Assembly: GCA_965215165.1 (NCBI GenBank)
Contig: CBDCCX010000006.1
Coordinates: 524,181 to 588,180, forward strand
Length of the DNA: 64,000 nucleotides
Source: Rhodothermales bacterium
Lineage (GTDB): Bacteria > Bacteroidota > Rhodothermia > Rhodothermales > JANQRZ01
Direction: 5' to 3'
This document shows, one piece after another, positions 55,538 through 64,000 of the stretch. The number at the start of each line of letters is the position of its first letter. The first letter of the stretch is position 1. The position numbers were made by a program, and so were the translations under genes. A model generated the notes under the pieces. It was not told the DNA's origin. It saw only the letters and a list, made by a program, of their open reading frames with translations, and made no database searches.

Positions 55538-56473
55538 ATGCCTGACTCCCCCCGTCTCGTCTTCATGGGCACGCCCGCCTTTGCGGTGCCGTCGCTCGAT
55601 GCGCTCGTGGCCGCCGGGATGCCGCCGGTGGCCGTCGTGACGGTGCCGGACCGGGCGCGCGGGCGCGGGCAGCAGGTCCAGCCCTCGGCCGTGAAAGAGG
55701 CCGCCGACCGCCACGGTCTCCCCGTGCTCCAGCCCGAGAATCTGCGCGCGCCCGGCTTCGTCGCCGAGCTCGAGGCGCTCGCCCCCGATCTGATGGCCGT
55801 CGTGGCCTTCCGCATCCTGCCGCCCGAGGTCTACGGCCTGGCCCGGCTCGGGGCGTTCAACCTCCACGCCTCGCTGCTGCCGCAGTACCGCGGCGCGGCC
55901 CCGATCAACCGCGCCTTGATGGCCGGCGAGATCGAGACCGGGGTGACGACGTTCCTCCTCCAACCGAAGGTCGACACCGGCGACACCCTCCTGGTGCGCC
56001 GGCTCGGGATCGGGCCGGACGAGACGGCGGGCGAGCTGCACGACCGCCTGGCCGTGCTTGGGGCTGAGGTCGTCGTCGAGACCGCCGAGCACCTCGCGGC
56101 CGGGACCGCCGAGGCGCTGCCGCAGGACGAGCGCCGCGTCAGCTACGCCCCGAAGCTCTTCAAGGAGGACACCGAGATCGACTGGAGCCGTCCGGCCGAG
56201 GCGGTGCACAACCTGGTGCGCGGCCTGTCGCCGTACCCGGCGGCGTGGACGCACCACGGCGATACGCTCCTGAAGATCTACCGGACGCAGCCGGCGAAGG
56301 GCGCGGGCGAGCCGGGCGAGGTGATCGAGGCCGAGGGCGAGTGCCTCGTCGTGGCCTGCGGCGAGCGGGCCGTCGAGATCGCCACGGTCCAGCGCGAGGG
56401 CAAGGCGAAGATGAGCACCGAGGAGTTCCTGCGCGGGTACAGCTTCCGCCCCGGCGACAGACTTGGTACGTGA
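55538..56473 (+). CDS. fmt: Methionyl-tRNA formyltransferase
   Basis: VFMGTPAFA, PDRARGRG, NLHASLLPQYRGAAPI, ETGVT, YAPKL. Confidence 0.97.
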   Translation: MPDSPRLVFMGTPAFAVPSLDALVAAGMPPVAVVTVPDRARGRGQQVQPSAVKEAADRHGLPVLQPENLRAPGFVAELEALAPDLMAVVAFRILPPEVYGLARLGAFNLHASLLPQYRGAAPINRALMAGEIETGVTTFLLQPKVDTGDTLLVRRLGIGPDETAGELHDRLAVLGAEVVVETAEHLAAGTAEALPQDERRVSYAPKLFKEDTEIDWSRPAEAVHNLVRGLSPYPAAWTHHGDTLLKIYRTQPAKGAGEPGEVIEAEGECLVVACGERAVEIATVQREGKAKMSTEEFLRGYSFRPGDRLGT

Positions 56474-56550
56474 TGCGTGAAACGTGATGCGTGAGGAGGC
56501 CCGCTGAAGCGTCGAAAACAAACATCACGGATCACGCAACACGAATCACC
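56469..56550. repeat. Heptamer-periodic inverted-arm element (CGTG/CACG type)
   Basis: CGTGATG CGTGAAA CGTGATG CGTGAGG, spacer, CATCACG GATCACG CAACACG AATCACC. Confidence 0.82.
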
Positions 56551-56556
56551 TCTCCC

Positions 56557-57552
56557 ATGACTGAGACCGAGATCACCGAGCTGGCTGGGCGCGTCGAACG
56601 CGAGAGCGCCTTCGTCAACGCGCTCACGGCCGAGGTGCACCAGGTCGTGGTGGGGCAGCACAAGCTAATCGAGCGGCTGCTGATCGGGTTGCTCAGCGGG
56701 GGGCACGTCCTGCTCGAGGGCGTCCCCGGCCTCGCCAAGACCCTGACCGTCTCGACCCTCGCCCAGGCCATCCGCGCGCACTTCCAGCGCATCCAGTTCA
56801 CCCCGGACCTGCTGCCGGCCGACCTCCTCGGCACGCTCGTCTACAACCAGCGCGAGGGCGACTTCTCGATCAAGAAAGGCCCCGTCTTCGCCAACCTCAT
56901 CTTGGCCGACGAGATCAACCGCGCCCCGGCCAAGGTCCAGAGCGCGCTCCTCGAGGCGATGCAGGAGCGCCAGGTCACGATCGGCGAGACGACCTTCCCG
57001 CTGCCCTCGCCGTTCCTAGTGCTCGCCACCCAGAACCCGGTCGAGCAGGAGGGCACCTACCCGCTGCCCGAGGCGCAGCTCGACCGCTTCATGCTCAAGG
57101 TGGTCGTGGGCTATCCGACGCGGGAGGAGGAGCTCGAGATCATGCGCCGGATGGCGGCCCCGGACGCGGTGCCCGCCGCCCGGCCCATCGCCGAGCCGAG
57201 CCAGATCCTGGCGGCCCGCCGGATGCTCGCCGAGCTGTACGTGGACGCCCGCGTCGAGGAGTACGTGGTAGATCTCGTCCTCGCCACCCGAGAGCCTCGG
57301 CGCTACCAGCTCGCCGATGCCGACGCGCTCATCGCCTACGGAGCCTCGCCCCGCGCCTCGATCTACCTCAACCGGGCCGCGCGGGCCCACGCCTTCCTCC
57401 ACCGCCGGGCCTACGTCACGCCCGAGGACGTCCGCGCCGTCGCGCTCGACGTGCTCCGCCACCGCGTCAGCGTGACCTACGAGGCCGAGGCCGAAGAGGT
57501 CACCGCCGAGATGCTCGTCCGCCAAGTCCTCGACGCGGTCCAGGTCCCCTGA
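56557..57552 (+). CDS. MoxR family AAA+ ATPase
   Basis: [67 protein letters not shown]. Confidence 0.95.
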   Translation: MTETEITELAGRVERESAFVNALTAEVHQVVVGQHKLIERLLIGLLSGGHVLLEGVPGLAKTLTVSTLAQAIRAHFQRIQFTPDLLPADLLGTLVYNQREGDFSIKKGPVFANLILADEINRAPAKVQSALLEAMQERQVTIGETTFPLPSPFLVLATQNPVEQEGTYPLPEAQLDRFMLKVVVGYPTREEELEIMRRMAAPDAVPAARPIAEPSQILAARRMLAELYVDARVEEYVVDLVLATREPRRYQLADADALIAYGASPRASIYLNRAARAHAFLHRRAYVTPEDVRAVALDVLRHRVSVTYEAEAEEVTAEMLVRQVLDAVQVP

Positions 57553-57561
57553 TCTTAGAGG

Positions 57562-57657
57562 GGGGATTGTGGGTTTCGGATTTTCCGGCAAGCATGACCC
57601 GCGAGCCAATCCAGAACCCGAAGGCTCGGCGAAGCCAATCCAAAATCAGAAATCCGA
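57562..57657. repeat. Heptamer-periodic inverted-arm element (GATT/AATC type)
   Basis: GGGGATT GTGGGTT TCGGATT, then AATCCAG AACCCGA, then AATCCAA AATCAGA AATCCGA ending 1 nt before the hprK ATG. Confidence 0.75.
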
Positions 57658-57658
57658 C

Positions 57659-58690
57659 ATGAGAAGCCCGAAGCCGTTCAAGAAAGAGTCGATCTCCGTC
57701 GCGTTCATGGTGGAGCAGCTCCGCGAGCGCGTTGGAATTGAGGTGGAGGACATAAACCGGCTCGACGCCTCGGAGCGCGCCGTGGTCGAGAGCAGCCTGA
57801 ACCGGCCGGGCCTCGCGCTCGCCGGCTACACCGACCTCTTCACGCACCAGCGCGTCCAGGTGCTCGGCAACACCGAGAGCCAGTTCCTCGCCCACCTCGG
57901 CGAGGACGCGCGGCGCGCGGCGTTCGCCCACCTCGTGCAGTTCGACGTGCCGTGCCTCTTCCTGACCGAGAACAACGGCCTGCCCGTCGAGCTCGTCCAG
58001 ATGGCGACCGCCCACGGCATCCCGGTCTACTCGACGCTCGCGCCCTCGACCGAGTTCATGCACCACCTTCGGGACTTCCTGGAGGACCAGTTCGCGCTCC
58101 AGCAAACCCTCCACGGCTCGCTCGTGGACGTCTACGGAATCGGCCTGCTGCTCGTCGGCCGCAGCGGGATCGGCAAGTCCGAGGTGGCCCTCGACTTGGT
58201 CGAGCGCGGGCACCGGCTGGTGGCGGACGACGTGGTGGTGGTGACCAAGAAGAGCGAGGGCGTGCTGATGGGGTCGGGGACGGAGCTGACGCAGCACTTC
58301 ATGGAGATCCGCGGCCTCGGGATCGTGGACGTGCGCGCGATGTTCGGCATCCGGGCGATCCGCTTCCAGAAGCGCGTCGAGGTGCTCGTTGAGATGGAGG
58401 AGTGGGAGCGGGGCAAGGAGTACACGCGGATCGGGATGGTCGAGGCCGAGCAGGAGGTGCTCGGCGTGCCGCTGCCGCTGGTGCAGCTCCCGATCGTGCC
58501 GGGCAAGAACGTGACGGTGATCTGCGAGGTGATCGCGATGAACCACCTGCTGCTGCACTACGGCTACGACCCGGCGCAGGTCTACGCCCGCCGCCTCGCC
58601 GACCGCATCCGCTCGAAGAGCGCCACCGCCGAGGCCAGCCCCTCCCGCCCGCGCCGCAGCACGGAGTGGTTCGAGCACGACACGGAGTGA
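57659..58690 (+). CDS. hprK: HPr(Ser) kinase/phosphorylase
   Basis: NRPGLALAGY, HGSLVDVYGIG, GRSGIGKSE, GHRLVADD, MEIRGLGI. Confidence 0.95.
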   Translation: MRSPKPFKKESISVAFMVEQLRERVGIEVEDINRLDASERAVVESSLNRPGLALAGYTDLFTHQRVQVLGNTESQFLAHLGEDARRAAFAHLVQFDVPCLFLTENNGLPVELVQMATAHGIPVYSTLAPSTEFMHHLRDFLEDQFALQQTLHGSLVDVYGIGLLLVGRSGIGKSEVALDLVERGHRLVADDVVVVTKKSEGVLMGSGTELTQHFMEIRGLGIVDVRAMFGIRAIRFQKRVEVLVEMEEWERGKEYTRIGMVEAEQEVLGVPLPLVQLPIVPGKNVTVICEVIAMNHLLLHYGYDPAQVYARRLADRIRSKSATAEASPSRPRRSTEWFEHDTE

Positions 58691-58849
58691 AGCTCAGGGG
58701 CTGGAATCCAACCGCGCAAGCGGCCCAGATCCTCGTGTCCTGATCGTGCGAGCGCGCCGCCTAGCGCCCGAAGGCCGACGCCCATCGCTGCACCGAAACG
58801 GTCGCCACATAATTACGTGCGAAGTTTCTGTCCTGACCCGTCGGTGCGG

Positions 58850-58879
58850 TTGACTACGTAGGGTTAACCCCGATATATT
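58850..58879 (+). promoter_or_regulatory. Sigma70-type promoter
   Basis: TTGACT (58850-58855), 18 bp, TATATT (58874-58879). Confidence 0.65.
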
Positions 58880-58884
58880 GTCTA

Positions 58885-59110
58885 CGCAGGTGTTCCCGAT
58901 GTGCATGGTGAAGAGGGTCCCTGACTGAGAGCAGTGCGCTCTGCCGGAGGAGCCGGGCTTTGGGCCCGGCTTTTGTCCGTACCGGCAGAGGGTCATTCCC
59001 GGTCGTCACACACCCTGGAGTTGCCGTGCCCGACCCCTGCCCCTTCGTGCTGAGCGCGCCTCGGCTGGCCCACAGGTTCCCCCGCCTGCGGCCGCGCGCG
59101 CTGAGCACGG
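58885..59110 (+). ncRNA. Candidate structured sRNA or regulatory leader of the M23 gene (family unidentified)
   Basis: Follows the promoter; terminator-like AGCCGGGC/GCCCGGCT plus TTTT (58951-58974) nested in CTCTGCCGG/CCGGCAGAG; second large stem 59046-59109; no substantial ORF. Confidence 0.4.
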
Positions 59111-59153
59111 AGAGCGAGCTTTCCACCACAACCTCCTAGCCGCTCGCCCGTCC

Positions 59154-60131
59154 ATGGCACGAAACAGCTATTACTACTACGACCACGAGGCCTGCGCCTT
59201 CGTCGAGGTCCAACCCCAGCGCCGCAAGCTCGTCTTCCAGTCGGCCCTCGTGCTCGGACTCGCCCTCGTCTTCGCCGGCGTCGGGATGTGGGCCGTCTAC
59301 GAGACCTCCTCGACCCCCAAGGAGGTCGCCCTCGTTCAGGAGAACCGCGCGCTCCAGCACCAGCTCGAGGCCAACGGCCAGCGCTTCACCGCGCTCTCGG
59401 ACCGCCTCGACGACCTCGCCGAGACCGACCGCGACCTCTACCGCACCATCTTCCAGGCCGACCCGATCCCCGACGAGGTCCGGCAGGTCGGCGTCGGCGG
59501 TGCGATGTCGGCGGCGTTCGACGGCTTCAGCGAGGACGCGGGTACGCTGCTCCGCGACAACGAGGCGACGCTCGACAAGCTCGAGCGCCAGGTGACGCTC
59601 CAGCGCACGAGCTACGACGAGCTGCTCACGCTCGCCTCGCAGCGCGCCGAGGCCATCCCGCAGATGCCGGCCATCCTCCCAACCTCCGGCCCGCTCACGA
59701 GCGGCTTCGGAATGCGCCGCCATCCCATCCACCGCGTGTTCAAGATGCACGCCGGGGTCGACTTCCTGGTCCCGGTCGGGACGCCGGTCTACGCCACCGG
59801 CGACGGCGTGGTCGCGTTCGCCGGCGTCAGCTCGGGCTACGGCCAGAACGTCCGCATCCGCCACCCGAAGGCGAAGCGGGCGACGCGGTACGCCCACCTC
59901 TCGCGCATCCCCGACGGGGTCCGCGCGGGCGTGCCCGTCGAGCGGGGGGACGTGATCGGGTTCAGCGGCAACACCGGCCTGTCGACGGCCCCGCACCTCC
60001 ACTACGAAATCCGACGCTTGGGCGACGACGAGCCGGTCAACCCGGTCTACTCGTTCGCCCCCGGCGTGCGGCCCTCGGAGTATCAGGAGCTGGTCCGCAT
60101 CGCCGAGAGCAGAACTACTCCGCTCGACTGA
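59154..60131 (+). CDS. M23 family metallopeptidase with N-terminal TM and coiled coil
   Basis: TSGFGMRRHPI, HAGVDF, YAHL, GLSTAPHLHYE. Confidence 0.95.
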   Translation: MARNSYYYYDHEACAFVEVQPQRRKLVFQSALVLGLALVFAGVGMWAVYETSSTPKEVALVQENRALQHQLEANGQRFTALSDRLDDLAETDRDLYRTIFQADPIPDEVRQVGVGGAMSAAFDGFSEDAGTLLRDNEATLDKLERQVTLQRTSYDELLTLASQRAEAIPQMPAILPTSGPLTSGFGMRRHPIHRVFKMHAGVDFLVPVGTPVYATGDGVVAFAGVSSGYGQNVRIRHPKAKRATRYAHLSRIPDGVRAGVPVERGDVIGFSGNTGLSTAPHLHYEIRRLGDDEPVNPVYSFAPGVRPSEYQELVRIAESRTTPLD

Positions 60132-60153
60132 GCGAGACGCCAGACAGAATTCG

Positions 60154-60195
60154 GCGGGGCGGGCGCATGGAGCGCTCGCCCCGCTCTCGCTTTCG
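60154..60195 (+). terminator. Intrinsic terminator-like hairpin
   Basis: GCGGGGCGGGCGC/GCGCTCGCCCCGC 13-bp stem followed by TCTCGCTTT. Confidence 0.6.
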
Positions 60196-60220
60196 GTCTA
60201 GCTAGAAATTTCATTTAGGC

Positions 60221-60250
60221 TTGCACATTGATGACCGGTTGCCCTATCCT
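60221..60250 (+). promoter_or_regulatory. Putative promoter of the S8 gene
   Basis: TTGCAC, 18 bp, TATCCT; GGAGG at 60274-60278 precedes ATG 60284. Confidence 0.5.
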
Positions 60251-60283
60251 TGTACATACATCCGCTCAAACCGGGAGGTCGTC

Positions 60284-63200
60284 ATGTTTACGCACTACGC
60301 CACCGAACGCCGTCACAAAAATAAGGGGGGGGGGGCCAATCTTCCCGTGCCGCTGCCTCTCCTGGATCGTAGCGGTCGCGCTGCTAGCAATGGTGCCGAG
60401 CACAGCGCTGGGGCAAACGCTGACTCCCATCGACCTATCTGAAAATGCTGTAGCCGAAGCGCCGATCTTCGAGGACTCTCTGGGTAATCGGTACTCAACG
60501 CTCGTCCGGGTCAAGTTCGGTGAGTACGTTTTCGACGTGCCGCAGGGACAGAAGACGGCTCCGCTGGCAAGCATAAGAACGGGGTACGGAGGCGTCATGA
60601 GCTTCTTCAATCAGCTTGAGACAGACTACGGTCCGTTTGCGCTAGAGAAAATGGCTCCGAGCATCGTGTGGGGTGACACCCTCCGCGTGAACAAGCGTAC
60701 TGGAGCGACCGTCTCAATCTCCGACTATTCGCAACTCATCGAAGTCTGGTTCGATGCTCCCGTACCGCTCGATGAGGCAGTGGCCGAGTTTGAAGCGCTT
60801 CCCGAAGTGGACTATGCTGAGAGACCGCTAGTGATCTCCCATGCTGGCGGTACGTTTGGCTCTATCGGAGAGCCAGACGATCCAGAGTACACAAGCGGCA
60901 ATCAGTATAGTCTTCAGCTTATCGACGCTGCGAAAGCTTGGGGGCTCACACGCGGTGTGGGTATAGAACGTCCAGTAGGGATTGCTATCACAGATAGCTT
61001 CAGTTGCAATTTGTCCGGTGCTAATGGACGTCCTTTGCATCCAGACCTAAGGGATAAAATGGAGGTTCTAGACTGTTCCCTCCCCATGTTTGGAACTTCC
61101 CATCATGGACCTTCTGTGGCTGGCCTAGCCGGGGCAGAGACCGACAACGGCGTAGATGTAGCGAGTCTTGGGTGGGACACAAAGCTATACGGATTTGACG
61201 GCAGGGCTCAAGGGCTGATGAAGGTTTTTGAGGCAATAGCAGACCCGTCTAGCCCTGCCTACGAAAGCATCGATGTGGTCAACTGTAGCTGGACCATTGG
61301 CAAGGAGAACTATGAAAATGACCTAGGAACCCCGCGTCGTCTTATAAGGAGTCTGCTGAACGTTGGCATCGTCGTCGTGGCAGGTTCAGGAAATGGATTA
61401 CACTCAACTGGTGGTTGTCGGTCCTCTGAAATTCCTTGTGTGCGATACCCAGCGGCCTTCAACTATGACGATCTCGACGCTGGAGACGGTACCACATATG
61501 AAGGACAAGTCATCGCTGTCACCCTAACTGACGAGGACGACGAGTTTTTCGAGGGCGTGAACTACAGCCCCGGTACGAATCCCCTCTCTGAGCCTGACTC
61601 AGCGTACATCGATGTCGCAGCACCTGGTTATAACGTGAGAGTTTTGCGGTCAAGTTCGGATGGGAGCGGAGGGTGGAATCATGGGAGTGTAATTGGATCG
61701 GGGACCTCCTATGCCTCGCCTATAGTGGCAGCGCAGGCGGCGCTCGTGCTCTCACTCAATCCGACCCTCCGCGTCGATGAGGTTTACGAGGTTATCACCC
61801 GCTCAGCCCAGAAGGTCGATTCGCTCGAACACTCCGATCTCTTCTTCTACACCGACACCGAGACAGGTGAGAGTCTCGGCTGGAACCAGTTCACGGGCTA
61901 CGGTCGCATCAATGCTGTGGAAAGGCTTCGAGCTCTTCGGCGATGGCTCACGTTTCGATGGCGTCATGATCAAGGATGCCGAGGTCGGCCTCCGCGTGCG
62001 TGCCAAGTATATCAGCGTGCGCCGCAGTCAACTCACGGCCAACAGGGTCGGTGTGCTCACAGACTTCATCCCGGCGTGCACGGGCAACGTCTGCATCGAG
62101 GGAAGCTTGCGCTCATCGGTGTTCCTCGACAGCGTGCTCGTCGACAGCAGCACGCTCTACGGCCTCTACCTCCGCAACACCGACGCCGGTCTCGCCGCCT
62201 CGACGGTGCGCGCGAGCGGTCGGCACGGCGTCGTCTTCACGAACGCGACAGCGACGGCGTTCTACGACAACGTCATTGAGGGCAACGGACCGAGTGGGTC
62301 GAGCTACGACGGCCTCCGCATCGGGGCTAACGGGAGTGTCTACTCCGGCATCCGGGGCGATATCGTCGGACTGCCAGGGCACAACCGCTTCGCCTTCAAC
62401 GCCGACCATCAAGTGGTGTACCTCGATGGTGGTTACCTTTTTCTCGGGAGAGCCGGCGGCGGGCAGAACACGATCACCGAGGCCGGCACGGACTGCCATG
62501 TGTTCGTCGACTCAACGAACGAGCTCGACGCCGAAGACAACTTCTGGGGAACCACCTCGGCTCCGTCGCCGAGCTTCTTTTGCGGCGGCGGGAAGGTCGA
62601 TGCCGACCCCTTCTTGACTTCGGACCCGACGGGTGGCTCCGGTGGGGGCTACCGGCCAGGGCCGGGCAACACGCCACTGCTGGCAAACGCTCGCCCCGTG
62701 CAGACTGGAGTCGGGCAGCGTGAGGTCGGCGGCGGCTACACGCCGGAGGAACTCGCGGCCGAGGAGGAACTCGCGGCCGAGATCGCAGCGGTGCGGGCGC
62801 AGGTGGATGCTGATCCCGGAGCACCGGAGGCGGCTGGGTTAGTTCGGCGGTTGGGCCTGCTGCACCGGCTCGACGAGGAAAATGTGACGGGCGAACTAGG
62901 CGCAACGAGCGCGCTCCTCGAAATCCTTCGCCAGAGCCTCTCTGGCAGTGGAGGTCTCAATCCGGACTACCGGCGAACGGCCGAAGGAGCGCTCCTGGTC
63001 GAGGTAGAGTTCGCGCTCACGGCTGAATCGTATGATGTGGCAGAAGGATTGATCACGGCGTCGGGTGCGCTCGTCGAGGGCGACGAAGTGGCACGAACGC
63101 TCGCTATCAGCCACGTCGCGCTCGACGATGCACAAGCCGACTATGCCTCGGCGTTGAATCGGCTGGACGCACTCCTGGCTGAGGTCACGGATGCCGAGCT

Positions 63201-63618
63201 AGCCGAGGACCTAGCGTTCATGGCCGACGAGATCGCAGCGAAGGCTGGGATCGAAGCGGTTCAGGGCGAAGGTGGAGGCGCGGCAGGCGAAGGGAAAACA
63301 AGCGCCACGGCGAGCAAGACTGACGGCACAGCGCTCCCGACGGCGTTTGCGCTCCGACCGGCCTACCCCAACCCGACGGCGCGAGCGGCAACGGTGCCCT
63401 TCGACTTGCCGGAGGAAGCTGAGGTCCGGGTCGTGGTCTACGACTTGCTCGGGCGCGCAGTGGCGGTGTTGGCTGAGGGTCTTCACGAGGCGGGCCGTCA
63501 CGAGGCGGTCTTCGAGGGCAGGCGGATGAGTGCGGGGGTCTACGTCGTCCGGGCAGAGATCGCGCCGGTGGGTGGTGCGCTACGGGCCTTTACGCAGAAG
63601 CTCACGCTGCTCCGCTAA
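60284..63618 (+). pseudogene. S8 (subtilisin) peptidase + beta-helix + helical region + T9SS CTD, interrupted by two frameshifts
   Basis: Triad motifs AITDS, HHGPSVAG, GTSYASP and GSGN in the 60228 frame up to GYGRINA (61916); CTD-bearing part (AYPNP...YDLLGRAVAVL) is in the 61777 frame from W at 61918; ATG 60284 is out of frame across the G11 tract. Confidence 0.75.
60325..60335 (+). repeat. G11 homopolymer in the signal-peptide-coding region
   Basis: AATAA-G11-CCAATC; confirmed by translations of three overlapping ORFs in the track. Confidence 0.95.
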
Positions 63619-63634
63619 ACGACACGTCTCAAGG

Positions 63635-63680
63635 CGGAGGGGGCCGCTCGCCGTAGGGACGCGCCCCCTCCGTTTCTCTG
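63635..63680 (+). terminator. Intrinsic terminator
   Basis: CGGAGGGGG/CCCCCTCCG 9-bp stem (63635-63643/63664-63672) followed by TTTCTCTG. Confidence 0.6.
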
Positions 63681-63710
63681 TGAACTCCATCGATCTCGTC
63701 AGGCTCTCTC

Positions 63711-64000
63711 ATGCGCTACCTCTTCCTGTTCTCGCTCGCACTCCTCCTTTCAGCACCGAATGCACAGGCGCAGCCCGATGGCGCGTGGACCGGCAGCTTC
63801 GCCCTCCCGGGCATCCCCGGTGGTAGCGCGATTGCCTTAAGCGACGGACGGCTCTACGTGGGAACCGCCGCGCAGTACGCCGGCACTGCCGGACCCGCCG
63901 ACCTCGTCTATTATGATTTCGCCGAGGCGACGTGGGGGACGCTCGACCCGCCGAGGGGCGCGGGGAAGATCGGTGCGCTCGCTGTGGGGCCGGCTGGGCA
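63711..64000 (+). CDS. Secreted protein, N-terminal fragment (runs off the window)
   Basis: MRYLFLFSLALLLSAPNAQAQPDGAWTGSFALPG... open to the window end; clear signal peptide. Confidence 0.75.
   Translation, partial: MRYLFLFSLALLLSAPNAQAQPDGAWTGSFALPGIPGGSAIALSDGRLYVGTAAQYAGTAGPADLVYYDFAEATWGTLDPPRGAGKIGALAVGPAG

Noticed and set aside
24751-57657. Heptamer repeat clusters as CRISPR arrays
   Set aside because: Units are 7 nt with no unique 25-45-nt spacers between repeats, and no cas genes are present
58887-58917. AGGTG...GGTGAAGAGGG resembling the start of a cobalamin riboswitch
   Set aside because: Downstream conserved elements are missing; kept only as an unidentified structured RNA
59122-59128. 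TCCACCA resembling a tRNA-Ala/tmRNA 3' end
   Set aside because: No T-arm (GTTCRA) or matching acceptor stem upstream
61918-62279. C-terminal 120 aa of ORF 60228-62279
   Set aside because: Out-of-frame read-through after the frameshift; the coding frame here is the 61777 frame

Overview
GC-rich (about 70%) chromosomal segment with no rRNA, tRNA, CRISPR or transposase. I infer a Rhodothermota (Rubricoccaceae-like) origin from six T9SS type-A C-terminal-domain proteins, GWxTD, DUF2851 next to pyrF, DUF4175, and C-rich start contexts without Shine-Dalgarno motifs. Housekeeping genes (mutS, aroB, tamB, pyrF, gluQ, ftsY, fmt, hprK) are mixed with secreted hydrolases and adhesin-like proteins and an arsR-aquaporin-arsC operon. 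The most notable signals are outside the ORF track. (1) Two 160-bp MITE-like elements (26327-26486 and 41376-41535) have different terminal inverted repeats but a shared internal core; each has a 3-bp TNA target duplication that is the stop codon of the adjacent gene. (2) Five intergenic elements consist of two inverted arms of 7-nt-periodic repeats. (3) A 22-aa, 9-Cys micropeptide lies inside the ars operon. (4) A low-GC T9SS subtilase gene is put out of frame by a G11 tract in its signal-peptide region and has a second frameshift. (5) A promoter-led structured RNA candidate lies upstream of an M23 peptidase. (6) A lipoprotein, a small helical protein and a pesticin-like muramidase may form a module. 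All family assignments come from motif recognition by eye; no searches were run.
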